From contig JABVCE010000002.1 of the NCBI GenBank assembly GCA_014905635.1, forward strand, positions 372,001 to 436,000: a stretch of DNA of 64,000 bases, written 5' to 3'. A program made the translations under genes and the position numbers. Source of the DNA: Scenedesmus sp. PABB004. Taxonomy: Eukaryota. The first letter of the stretch is position 1, and each line of letters opens with the position of its first letter. This document shows positions 49,596 through 61,772 of this stretch, in pieces. A model generated the notes under the pieces. That model did no database searches, was not told the origin of the DNA, and saw only the letters and a list, made by a program, of their open reading frames with translations.

Positions 49596-51358
49596 CCTTT
49601 TGTCACAGTGAGGGCCCAATCAAATGACCTCCTGAGGAGCAGCAGCAGCAGACTAGCGGGAAGAAGCAAGCAGCACGCATCTGCCGGGCCGCCGAGCCCA
49701 CCGACACGCGGGTGAGGGGAGAGAGATTGATTCCGTAAAGGTACAAAACACCGCCCACACCGCCCATACCCTGCCGCCGCCCACGCCGCCGCGGCAGGAC
49801 CCCACGGCGGGCATCGCAGCCGTCGCTCGCGCCCCCACGCTTATTGCTGCTAGCAGGTTCAAAGCGACCCCCGGTCCCCCCTCCCCCCGCGCGCGCAGCG
49901 CTGGCTGCCGACCGCCCGCCCGCCGCTGCGCCCGCGGCCGCGCGGCCGCGCCGCATGCGCGGCGGCGACGGCGCGGCCGCGGCGAGCACGGCCCGCCGGC
50001 GGGGCGGGGCGGGGGCGGGGCGGGCTGCTGCTCCGCTGCCGCCCGCGCGGGGGCGGCTGCAGCCCGCCGGCAAGTGCCGGGCCGGGTGGCGGCCGTTGGG
50101 CGCGCGTGCGCGCCGCCACCCGCCACAAGGACCGATCGATCCACCCCGCTCGCAACGCGATTGGGCCGTCCGCCCCACGACCGACCGACTCTGTGGCCAA
50201 AACGCGGCGCGGGCGCGCCGCGAGGCTGCGGCACAAACGCCCGCGCCAAGGAGCGCAGTGCAGGAGCGCGCACGCCGCGGCGGACTGCACTTCTTGTGTG
50301 TGGGTGGTGCAGGCGCGGCGCCGCCGGGACTCGGCGGCGCGACGCGCTGCCGCGGCGACGCATGGCGGCGTTCGCCCAGCCTCCTCGCCGTTGCCATGCA
50401 AGTGTTGGTGCGCCGCTCGCTCAAGCAAAGCAAGGCCCCCCGGCGACACACGACGAAAGCGAGCAACTGCTGCCCCCACCACGACGACGACGGCGCGACG
50501 ACCACACGACGACGACGACGACGCCCGCGCCCCCTCGCCCCGCCACCCTCAACCCCGCGCGCCCAGACCCCGCCCGCCTCGCCGCCGCGCCACAGGCCGG
50601 CAGGCGAGCTGAACGGCGCAGTGCTGTCACTCAGGGGAGGGGCACATGCATGCATCCACATGCATGCACGCAATCGTCAGGCGTAGGGTGTGTGTGCCCC
50701 AGCACGGTGCCCACTCACCCACCGCAATGCAGCACGCGGGAGGCGTGAGGGAGGGAGGGGCGCCAGCAACTGGCTGGCTGGGTAGTGGAGGTGCAGCGGA
50801 GGCCACACACACACGCGGCTGGCCTATCACTTGGCACACACACGTCGCAATGGCCGGTTCAAAGTTGCGCGCGCCGGGCGCGCGCGGCGCCCCGCCTGCC
50901 GTGGCGCTGCAGAGGCGGCGGGCGCGGCGGGGGCCGAAAGCAATGGGGTACGAGCAATCAGACAGGGAAAAAGATCCTGCGCGGATCGCGGCGCGCGGCG
51001 CCGGTGCGGTTGGTTGTACATGCGCGCGGCGCGCCCGCCAGAGAGGCGGGCACGACAGGCGCCGACGGATCGTCTGCCAGCCTTCCTAGAGGGTGCGAGC
51101 CGCGCCCGCTCCCGCCCCCGGCGCGCGCCCTCGAGCGGGCGCCCGCGCCCGGGCGCGTGCCGCGCGCGGCCTCGCTCCCCGCTGGCGCCGCCCCGGCCGC
51201 GCCGCCGGGGCGAGCGCGGCGCGCGGGGCGGCGCTCACGAGCGCAAGGGATAGATAATACCCGAGGCCCTGCCCCCGACCTGTCGCCTGTCAGACGTTTC
51301 ATCCCCGGTCGGCCGGCCGCTGCCGCGCGCGTGTGGCGCTCGCGCGCGGCGGCACGGC

Positions 51359-53919
51359 TCAGTCAAAGCCGGCGCCCAGGCTGAGGCCGCCCAGGTTGGT
51401 TGCCAGCCCCTCGGCGCCGCCCGACGGCGGCGCCGCCTCGGGCTCCGCGCCCGCGGGCTTGTCGGCCTCGCCGCCGGCGGGCCCGTTGCCGCGCGCGGGC
51501 GCGCCGCCGGCCGGCCCGCCGAGCGCGCCCGCCTCGGCCGCGCCGGGCTCGATGCTGCCCCACGACGCGAGCGCGGCGGCGTCGAGCGGCTCCAGCTCGC
51601 CGAGCGCGCTCAGGTCGCCGCCGCCGCCGCCGGGCGCGCCGTCGTCGCCCTCAAGGCCGCCGCCGCCGGGCTCCAGCTCGCCCATGAGGTCGCCCAGCGC
51701 CACGCCGGAGGGCCCGGGGTCGTCAAAGAAGCCGTACGTGAGCGCGTTGAAGTTGGCGTCCAGCTGGCTCATCGCCAGCAGCGCCGCGGCGGTGCCCTCG
51801 TCCAGCGCGCCCACGCTCGGCCGCGCCGGCTCCTCGGGCTCCAGCAGCGAGTCGAGCAGCTTGTCGTCGTCGTCCTCCTCGCCGCCGCCGCCGGGCGCGC
51901 CGGGCGCGCCGGGCGCGCCGCCGCCGGGCGCGCCGTCGGCGCCCCGGGCGCGCCGTTGCCGGCGCCGGGCGCGGGCGGCGCGCCGGGCGCGGGCGGCGGC
52001 GCGCCGGACGCGGCCGCCGCCGGCGCGGCCGCCGCCGCCGGCGCGCCGCTCGCCGCCTGCTGCGACTCGGACAGCACCGCGAGCTGCTCCTTGGTGAGGC
52101 CCTTAAGGATGTTGAACTCGAGCGCCTGCTCAATGGTGAGGCCCATCGCAGCAAAGCGCTTGCCCACGGCCTTGAGGAACGCCTCGACGTTCTCCGGCGA
52201 CGCCGTCAGCGGCAGCCCGCCGCCGCCCATGAGCGCCGCAGCGTCGCCGCCGGGCGACGGCGCGCCGCCGCCGCCAAAGCCGCCGAGGCCGGCGAGGCCG
52301 GCGGGGCTGCTCACGGGCGGCGGCGTCATCTGCCGGCTCGGCCCCGCGGAGCCGGGCCCGCCGCCGAGGCTGAGGCCCAGCCCGCCCGCGCCGAGGCCGC
52401 CGAGCGTGGGGCTCCCGCCGGGCGCCGACGGCCCGGGCGCGAGGCCGCCGCCGAGGTCGGTCGAGACCTGCTTGCCGCGGTCCTGCCCGATCACGCCGAC
52501 GCGCGCGGGGTTGGGCTCAAACGGCCGGTTGCCGCCGAGGAGCTGCGACAGCATCGCCTGCGTCGCGACCGCGCCGCCGGGCGGCATGCCGCCGCCGCCC
52601 GCGGCGGCCGCGAGGCCCTGCAGCGCGGCGGCCTTCTGCTGCGCGTTCATGCCCGCCACGAGCTGGCGCTGCGCGAGCGCCGCGGTCGCGCCCGCCGTGG
52701 TGAGCTGCGAGGGCAGCGTGCCGACCGTGTCGGCCTTGCCCGCCGCCGCGGCCATGAGGCGCAGCAGCTGCTCGCGCTCGTTCGCGTTGGCGCGCTCCGC
52801 GTTGGCGCGCAGCGCCGCCATCGTCGCCGCGTTGAGCGCCTGCTGGTTGGCGTTCTGCTGCTGCGCCGCCGCCTGCTGCTGCTGCGCCACTTGCGCGGCC
52901 TGCAGCTGCTGCAGCTGCTGCTGCTGGCGCAGCTGGTGCTGGATCTGCAGCGCCTGCGCCTGCTGCTGCTGCGCCTGCGCCTGCAGCTGCGCGTGCTGCT
53001 GGCGGCGCACCAGGTCCTGCTGCGCGGCGTTGAGCTGCGCGAGGTTGCGGAGCTGCGCCGCGTTGTTGGCCTGCTGCTGCAGCTGCTGCTGCAGCAGCGC
53101 CGAGGCCGGCACGCCGCCGCCAAACTGCAGCCCCTGGCCCGCCGCGCCCTGCTGCGCCTGCTTGAGCAGCTGCTGCTGGATGAGCTGCTGCTGCTGCGCC
53201 GCCGTCAGGCCCTGGCCGCCCTGCAGCTGGCCGCCCATGAGGCCGTTGGCGGCGAGCTGGTTGAGCTGGTACTGCAGGCCCTGGTTGCCCTGCAGCGCCT
53301 GCTGCTGCGCCTGCGCCTGCTGGTGCTGCAGGAGCTGCTGCTGCTGGAGCTGCTGCTGCTGCAGCTGCTGCTGCTGCTGCAGCTGCTGCTGGAGCTGCTG
53401 CTGGCGCAGCTGCGCGAGCTGCGCCTGCTGCTGTGCGGCCTGCTGCTGCGCGGCCTGCTGCTGCAGCTGCTGCTGGAGCTGCTGCTGGCGCAGCTGCTGC
53501 AGCTGCAGCGCCTGCGCCTGCTGCGCGGCCTGCTGCTGCTGCGCGGCCTGCTGCGCCGCCTGCGCCTGCTGCAGCTGCTGCAGCTGCATCGCCTGCAGCT
53601 GGCTCTGGCCGCCGCCGCCCAGGCCGCCCATGCCGCCGCCGGGCAGGCCGGGCATGCGCTGCGCGCCGGGCGCGGCGGCGCCGCCGCCGAGGCCCATCGC
53701 GCCGAGCGACGGCGCGCCCGCGCCCGGCGCCTTGGCCAGGCCCGCCTGGTTCTGCATCCACACCGCCTTCATCTCGTCCATGGGCAGCGAGCCCTGGATG
53801 CTGAGGCCGTTGGGCAGGCCGGCGCCGGCGCCGGCGCCGCCGGCGCCGGGCTGCTGCTGCAGCAGCCGCGCCGCGGGGTTGGGCACGCCCAGGCCGTTGA
53901 GGCCGGCGTAGGGGTTCAT
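51359..53919 (-). CDS. Gln-rich, largely disordered protein with an apparent frameshift near 51943
   Basis: Strong codon bias; polyQ/A core; short helical domain SPENVEAFLKAVGKRF...; acidic C-terminus continues in another frame to the TGA at 51359. Likely 5'UTR intron 54029-54181. Confidence 0.8.
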
Positions 53920-54816
53920 TCCGGACCGCCGGCGGGGGTCGGGAAGGTCGGGGCCGCCGGCTGCCGCGCCTCAGCAGCTCAGCAGCACATCGCCACGGAT
54001 CGGGGCGCCCCGCCGCGCCGCACGTGACCTGCGCCCCGGCGGCGCGCGCGCACGGGACGGGTCGGCGCGTGAGCGACGGCCCGGGCCCGTCCGCCGCGCC
54101 CCCGCGCGCGCCGCGGCGCCACGGGGCGCCCCCGAGCTGCGCCGCGCCGCCCCGGCGCGCGCCGCGCGGCGATGGGCGCACCAGGCACCGCAGCGATGAG
54201 CGGCCACGGACAGCTTTGCGCAGGGCGCGAGCAGGCGCCGACGGTGCGATCCGGCCGGGCGGGGGCGCCGGGGCCGTCTGCGCTCGCAGGCCACCTGCGA
54301 CGCGCAGGGCGGGCGGGCGCGCGCACCGGGCGGTGCGGGAGGTCTCAGCGGCTTCCGAACGGGCCGCGACGGCCGGCGGCGGGGCCGGGCGCGGCCGGGC
54401 GGGGGCATGGCAACGGGCAGCGGGCCGTGCGGCCCGCCCTGCGCCCCGCGCGGACCGCCCCCAGCCCGGGCATACAGGCCAGCAGCGTCCCCTGTCGCGC
54501 GAGGGCCCACCTGGCGTCCGCCGCGCGCCGAGAAGGGCGCGGTGCTGTGTCCACGCACGCGCAAGGCGGTATGGGGAGCCGGCGGGCGGGTGGGGGGATC
54601 CGTTGGTGTGCGGGCAGCGCGCGGGGGGCGGTTGAGGGCCGGCGCGACAGCGGCGGCGGCGCGCCGCAGGCGCAGGGCTCAGGCGGCGGGCGGCGAGCAG
54701 GTCCTCCCCCGCAGGAGGGGCGGCCGGCGTTACCAGCTGCGGCCCCGGGCCCCCGCCGCGGCGCCCGGCGCCCGGCAGCCGCCGCCGCGGCCGCAGCGCC
54801 GAGGCCCCGGCCGGGG

Positions 54817-56645
54817 TCACGCGAGCGGCACGCGCGGCACCGACGGCACGGCGTCGTAAAAGTCGTGCGCCGGCCGGCGGTCCGCGACAGCCTGCGTGCA
54901 GATGCCGGCGACGTCGAGCGCGTCGACGACCCACTGCGGCACGTCGCGGCCCGGGAACATGGTCGCCAGGAAGCCGCGCACAAAGTCGGGGAAGCGCTGC
55001 TCCGCGATCGCGGCCCGCATGCGCCGCGTCAGGCCCTGCATGTACGCGACGTTGTGCATGCTCACCAGCACCGCCGCGCTCGGCACGCCGCGCGTGACGA
55101 CGTGGTGCAGGTACGACCGGCTCACGCGCGCGCACGCGACGCAGCCGCACGCCGCGTCGATCGGGCGCCCGTCGCGCGCGTACGCCGCGTTTTTGAGCTT
55201 TATGAGCCCCCCGTCGACGAGCGCGACGCCGAAGCGCGCGGTGCGCGTGGGGTAGACGCTGTCGTACATGTCGGCGCCGAGCGCGGAGCAGACGAGCACG
55301 TCGAGCGGGTAGCCCACGCCCATGACGTAGCGCGGCTTGCCGGGCGGCAGCCCCGCCGCGCACTGCGCGACGACGCGCCAGAACTGGTCCTTCGTCTCGC
55401 CGCCCGCGAGGCCGCCGATCGCGTGCCCCGGCGCGCCGCGCGCGGTCAGCGCGGCGATGCTCGCCGCGCGCAGGGACACGTCAAAGCCGCCCTGCACGAT
55501 CGGGAAGAGGCTCTGCTCCCCGGGGCGCGCGTGCGCGGCGATGCAGCGGTCGAGCCAGCGCGTCGTGCGGTGCGTCGCCTCCTCAAAGCGCGCGGGGTCT
55601 GCGGCGCGCGCGGTGCGGTTGGCGGCGCGGCGTGGCCGGCGCGGCGGCGCGGCGCGCCCGTGCGGGCGGCGGCGCGTCACGCGCACCCGTGTTGGTCGCT
55701 GGGACGACGTCGTCGAGCTGCATCATGATGTCTGCGCCCAGCGCGTTCTGGATCGCGATGCTCTGCTCCGGCGTGAGCAGCATGCGCGAGCCGTCGACGG
55801 GGCTCTGGAACGTGACGCCGTCCTCGGTGATGTCGGCGAGGTGCAGCAGGCTGACCATCTGGAAGCCGCCGCTGTCGGTCAGCATGCCGCGCGGCCAGCC
55901 GATGAACTCGTGCAGCCCCCCCATCGCCGCGACCAGGTCGGCGCCAGGCCTGGCGGCGGCGGGCGGGGTGGGGCGGGCGGGGCGGGCGGGGCGGGCGAGG
56001 CGGGCGGGCGGGCGGGCGGGCGGGCGGGCGGGCGGGCGTCAGCGCGCCGGCGGCGCGGGCGCGAGCGGGTGCGCCGGCCCCGTGGGGCGCGCCTGTTGCC
56101 CAGGTGGTAGGTGTTGCCCAGGATGACGTGGCAGTCCAGCTCCTGCAGCTGCTCGCTCGTGAGGCCCTTCACCGTGCCTGCCGCGGCGTGGCGTGCGGCG
56201 CGGCGCTCGCCGCGGCGCTCGGCGGTGCGCCGCAGGGCGCGCGGCTGCTCCTGCCGCCGCCGCCGCCGCCGCCGCTGCAGCAGGCGCAGCGCGCGCCACC
56301 GCCGCCACAGCAGCAGGTGCAGCAGCAGCAGGCGCAGCGGGAGGGGGTGGGGGGTGGCGCACCCTGCGTGCCGACGGGCATGAACATCGGCGTGAGCGCC
56401 GTGTGGTGCGGCAGCTTCATTGCCGCACTGCGCGCGCGCCCCTGCGCCGCCAGCACGCGGAACTCGAGCGCCGGCGACACCGAGCTCGGCAGCTCGCCGG
56501 CGGAGGAGGAGGCCCTGCGCGGCGCGGGCGACGGCGTGGGGCGCCGCCGGCGCGGCGCCGCGGCGCTGCCGCCACGCCAGGCAGCGCGCGCGGCGAGCTG
56601 AGCTCACATGGTGACGATGCCGCGCCGGCAGGCCCGCGGCAGCAT
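54817..56645 (-). CDS. QTRT1: Queuine tRNA-ribosyltransferase catalytic subunit (eukaryotic TGT), 5 exons
   Basis: [83 protein letters not shown], CxCxxC..H zinc site. Confidence 0.97.
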
Positions 56646-57163
56646 CCACGGCCGCGCCGCTGCCTGCTGGCGGTGCAGGGCGGGCGCCCGCACGCTGGCG
56701 CGGCAGCCGCCGCCGCCCCGGCCGGCGCGGGCCGCGGCGGCTGTCGGCACAGCGGCGGTGGTGAGGGGCAGGGCCCCGGCTGCCGCCTGGCTGCCAGGCG
56801 CCGCTGGCGCGGCCGACGGCGCGGCTGGCGGCTGCAGCAGCGGCGGCAGCGGCGGCGGCGGCGCTCGGCGGCGGCAGCTGCGCGCAGCACCAGGCGTGCG
56901 ACCTGCCTTGGGCGACGGAGAGCGCGGGGGCCCGCCCTGCACGCGCAGAGGTGTTCGCAGCAGCAGCAGTTATTCGGGCTCTGTGCGCCCCAGGGCGCCA
57001 CCCCTGACCGGCGTGCGCACGCCCACTTGGCGGCACAGTCGCTTGCGGAAGCTCACGGCGCATCGCGGAGCCGCCACGCGCCCCTGGCACGGCGCGGCGC
57101 GGCGCGCAAGACTTGGCGGGCCTCCCCGCTCGCGCCGGCGCCGCCCGGCGCCCCGCCGCCGCC

Positions 57164-60100
57164 ATGGTGGGCGTCTGCTGCGGCTGCATCGCCAAGCCGG
57201 CGAGCGTGCAGCCGCGGAAGACGTACAACATCCTCATCGGCCAGCTCTTTGCGGGGGAGCCCATCAGCACCGACGCCCCGCTCGACTCCAGCATGCGCCG
57301 CAAGATCCAAAAGCTCCAGGAGTACGCGCAGGTCAATCCCGGCAAGATCCCCAAGGTGCGGCGGGCCGCGCCGCGCGCGCCGGCGCCGCTTCGACCGCCA
57401 ACTGCTGCGGTTGCGCGCGGCGCGCGGCGGCGGCGGCGGCGGCGCGACGGTCGCCGGAGCCGGCGGGGCCGGCACGCACCCGGCGGCGGCGGCGCGACCG
57501 TCGCCGGAGGGGCCGGCACGCAGCCGCCGCGCCGCCGGCGCGCAGGTGTCGCGGCGGCTGATGCGCCGCATCAAGGCCACGCTGCGCAAGCCGGGCGACA
57601 ACCTGGGGTACGTCAAGGTCGCGGTGCATGCGTACATCTACCTGCTCGCGCGCTGCACCGACGACACGAGCAGCTACAGCCCCAGCTTCTTCGCGCGCGA
57701 GGTCGTGTCCGGCCCCGACGCCGTGGTGCGCGCCGCGCGGCCGCCGCGCCGCCGCGGCCGGCCGGCGCGCCGCCACGGCCGGCCGGCCCACTGCCGCCGC
57801 GGCGGCCGGCCCGCCGTGCGCGCCAGGTGCCGCTGCTGCTCAAGGACATGCACATTGAGATGCGCACGCTCGGCGCGGAGCTGCTCGCGGTGTTCACGCG
57901 CGTGCAGAGCCAGGTGGACAGCAAGCTGGACGCCATCCAGGCCTGCGTGCCGCAGGTGTGCCGCGCGGCGCAGTCGGCGCTGAGCGCGGTGCGCAAGCAG
58001 CAGAAGCTGCAGGAGACGGCGGAGCGGCGGCGCGCGGGCGAGGTGCTGGCGGTGCCCAACCCGCTCGACCTCGTGGCGCGGCGGTGAGGGGCCGCTGGCG
58101 CTGCGCCGCACAGCCCCGCGTGGGCACCTCGCTGCGTCGCGCCTGACGCCGCCGCCGCCGCCGCCGCCGCCGGGCCGCCCCGCAGCGACCCCGCGCACGT
58201 CGCGGCGCTCGAGGTCGCGTGCCTGCGCTGCCTCACGGAGCTCGTGGGCCTGTGCCGGCGCGCCAAGGTGCTGCCGCGGCACCTGCCGGCCATTCAGGCG
58301 GTGGTGCTCGACAACCTGCGCGCGCACGAGCGCGGTGCGTGCCCGCTGCGCTGCGCGCCGGGCGGCGCAGCAGCGAGGCGCGGGCTGACGTCGCCCGGCG
58401 CCGCCCGCGCCCGCAGGCGGCGGCAGCGTCGGCGGCAGCAGCGCCGGGGGCGATGCGCCGCCGGGCCTGCCCGGCACGCCGCGCAGCGACTGCCCCACGC
58501 CCGTGGCGCTCGCCGCCGGCGGCGGCGGCGGCGGGGCCGCCGCGCTCGGCGGCGACGGCGACGACGCGGCGTTCCCGAGCGTCGTCGACATGGCCGCGTA
58601 TGGCGCGCTCGGCATCGCCGGCGCAGTGCCGCGCGGCAGCGCGCCGCGCGCGCTCGCGGCGTCGCTGCTGCGCCTGGTGGGGTCGTTCACGCGCGACATT
58701 GGCACCGTGCACCGCGTGATGGGGAGCTTCTATGACTACCTTGACGACACCCACGCCTGGCAGGACCGCGGCGTCGTCAGGGTGCGCGCGCGCTGCGCGC
58801 GCTGCCCGCCGCGCATGCCCGGGCACGGCGCGGCGCCGACGCGCGCCGCCGCCGCGCGTCCGCCCGCTCGGCTGCCCGGCCCCGCGCCGCGCAGGAGCTG
58901 CACACCATGCTGGACGCGAGCGGCAGCGCGCACCAGTTCCCCAAGTTTGCCTCGCTGCTGCGCCACGCGGGCAGCCGCAAGCTGTCGCTCGCCGACGCCG
59001 GCGTGGTGCTGGGCCTCGCGGCGGACAAGGGCGCCGCGCTCGACCAGGGCTACAGCCTGGCCGCGCTCGCGCTCGCGCTGCTGCAGGCGCCGCGCATGTG
59101 GGCGGCCCAGGCGGCGCGCGGGCCCAAGGCCGTGCCCATGCAGGTGCGCGGCGGCGGCAGCGCGGAGCGAGGGGCGCGGCGCGCAGGCAGTGCTCGGCGC
59201 GGCGGCGCTTGGGGCCGCGCCCCACTGCGCGCCGCCGCTGCCACAGGCGTTCCTGGACCTGCTGCGCCTGGGTCCCGCCGCCGGCGGCAGGGACGCGCAC
59301 GCGCTGTCGCCGGCGGCCGCGGCGGCGCTCACGGCCGCCGACAGCGCGCAGGTGCCGCGCAGCGCGAGCGGCACGCCCGTCCCGGACTCGCTGGCAGCGC
59401 ACCCTGGGAGCGGCGGCGGCAGCGGCCTGGTGCACGCCAACTTGGCCAGCAGCGCGGCGCTGGCCGGCGGCGCCGCGCCGGGCGAGCGCGGCGAGGCCGC
59501 GGCGTTCAAGCAGCAGCTGGCGGCGCTGAACGACGCGGTGCTGTCGGCGGTGCGCCTGTTGGCCAGCCGCGTGGGCACGGCGGCGGAGCTGTGCGAGGCG
59601 GTCGCGGGCGCGCTGGCGACGGCGGGCGGCGAGCTGTGCCTCGCCGCGGCGCCCGCGTGCGGCGCCGAGCCGGCGGCTGGTGGCGACGCGCCGGGCCAGG
59701 GCGGGGACGCCACGGCCACGGCGGCGGCCGCGATGATGCTGCAGTGCGCCGCGGCGGCCACGGACGCGTTTGTGGTGCACTGCGGGCAGCCCCCGGCGCC
59801 GGGCGAGCGCGAGGGCGAGCTCGTGCTGCCGGGCGGCGCGCTGCCGCCGGGGCTGGTCGCTGCCGCGCTGCCGCTGCTGCGCGCGCCGGCGCCGCTCATT
59901 CGGCGGCCGGCGCAGCGCGTGCTGCTGGCGCTGCTGCCCGCGGCGCACAAGGTGCGGCGCGGCGGCGCCGGGGGGGGGGCAGCGCTGCTGCTGCTGCTGC
60001 TGCTGCGCACGCGGCCTGCCGCCGCCGCTCACTGCCCGCCCGCCCGCCGCACACACCGCGCGCGCAGGGCCTGGCCAGCGACAAGCAGGCGGGCGAGCTG

Positions 60101-61514
60101 GCGGAGGCGGTGGTGCGGGAGTTCACGCGCGTCACGCGCGAGGAGCCGGGCGCGGAGGACGCCTCGGCGCCTCAGCTCGCGGCGGCCGACGCGCTGCTGC
60201 GCGCCTGCCTGCGCGGGCCCAAGGCGCGGCCGGGGCCCGCGCTGCAGCTCGGGCGCCTGCTGCTGCGCCAGCAGGCGGCCTGGCAGGCGCAGGGCTACGC
60301 CGCGGCGGGAGCGGGCGCGGCGCGCGCGCACGCGGCGCTGCTGCTGGTCAACAGCCAGCTCGCCGCGCTGGCCGAGGCGACCGGCGGCGGCGAGCTGCTG
60401 GCGCAGCAGCTGCCGCTCGACCCCGCGGGCTGCCCGGGGCTGCTGCTCTCCGACTCGGGCCTGGTCACGACGGGCGCGGCGATGGACGCGGCTGCCAGCG
60501 CAGCGGCGCTGGCAGCCCTGGAGCGGCAGCGCCCGCCCACCGCGGCGCAGGGGCAGGCGCTGCGCGCCGCGCTCGGCCAGGTGCGCGCGGCCGGCGCACC
60601 GCGGCCCGCGGTGGCCGCTGGCGCCAGTGGGCGCGGGGGCGCCCAGAGGACAGGCGCGCGCACGCGGGTGCCGCCGCCGCGCCCCACGCCCGCCCGCCCC
60701 GCGCGCAGGCGCCGCGCCTGGTGGCGGAGTTCGGCGAGGCGCTGCAGGCGCTGCTGGACGAGCAGCTCGCGCCGCGCCGCAGCACGGCCAGCAGCACCTC
60801 GGACGGCCAGGGCGAGCGCCCGCCGTGCGTGGCTGCGCGCGCGCGCGCAGCGCGCCACCGCGCCGCCGCCCCGCGCCAGGCCGCCGCGGCGCGCCCACGC
60901 GCGCCTGCCGCCCCGCGCGCGCGCGCGCCGCGCAGGCTTGCTGACAAGGTCAACGCGCTGCTGCTCAAGCGCATGGGCACGCTGCGCAAGGACCTGCTGC
61001 ACGTGAGCGAACTGATGCGAGAGAGCATGCGCATCCACGACATCACCCCCGCGGCGGCGCTGCCCGCAGGCGCGCGGCTGAGTGACGCGGAGCCCGCCGG
61101 CGCGGAGGCGGGGCGCCTGAGCGCGCGGCCGTCGCTCGACGCGGCCGCGCCGACGGACAGCGCGAGCGGCTGGGTGCTGCCCAGCCCGCAGGCGCTGGCG
61201 CAGGACGTGCTGCCCTCGGCGGCGTCACTGGGCGAGCTGCCACCGCCGCGGCTGGGCAGCGGGGCGGCGACGGCGCGGCGGCGGGCGGCGCGGCGGCGGG
61301 CGGCGCGGCGGGCAAGCAGCAGCAGAAGCAGCAGAAGCAGCGGGGGCAGCTGGAGCAGGGGCTGAGCCCCGCGAGCGTCGCGCTGCACGTGTCGGGCGGC
61401 GGCAGCCTGTCCGCCAAGGTGGCGGACGCGCTGAAGCAGCCCATCCCCGCCGGCGCCTACGTGGTGCGGGACGTCAAGATCAGCCGCCTGGCGGGCGAGC
61501 TGGACCCGGTATGA
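57164..61514 (+). CDS. EFR3: EFR3-like (PI4K scaffold / SEMI-ROLLED LEAF 2 family) ARM-repeat protein; apparent frameshift at about 61262
   Basis: N-terminal Cys cluster MVGVCCGC; YNILIGQLF; RKIQKLQEYAQVNPGKIPKV; MRTLGAELLAVF. The 3' end is uncertain (61365 or 61514). Confidence 0.8.
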
Positions 61515-61772
61515 GCGCGGCACGTGTGCGGCGATGCAGCGGCGGTCTGAGCAGCGGCGCGGCTCGGTGACGCCGCCCACGTTCGAGCCCGCCCGCTCCA
61601 TCTCGCCGCCACCGATCTCGCTCGCGCCGCGGGCAGCTCGCCGCCGATTGACAGCCGCCATCGGTAGCGGTTGGCGCAGACCGGTTGTGGCAGCGTGGGC
61701 GGCAGCGCCAGCAGCAGCGCCTGGGGCCCGCCCCCAGGCGCGCTGCAGCCCGCGTTAGCCTTGACGGACGCC

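Noticed and set aside
51956..53911. 651-aa Cys-rich plus-strand ORF (metallothionein or keratin-like)
   Set aside because: Antisense shadow of the CAG-rich polyQ gene.
54817..56645. Bacterial tgt acquired horizontally
   Set aside because: Has spliceosomal introns and the eukaryote-type LDDVV motif.
51930..61270. Programmed -1 frameshifting at the two GGGGC sites
   Set aside because: No X_XXY_YYZ slippery heptamer in the correct frame; homopolymer error is simpler.
15039..61514. A functional gene cluster (nitrogen, metal or membrane-contact genes)
   Set aside because: Neighbours are functionally unrelated housekeeping genes; no DUR1/DUR2 or other pathway partner is adjacent to DUR3.
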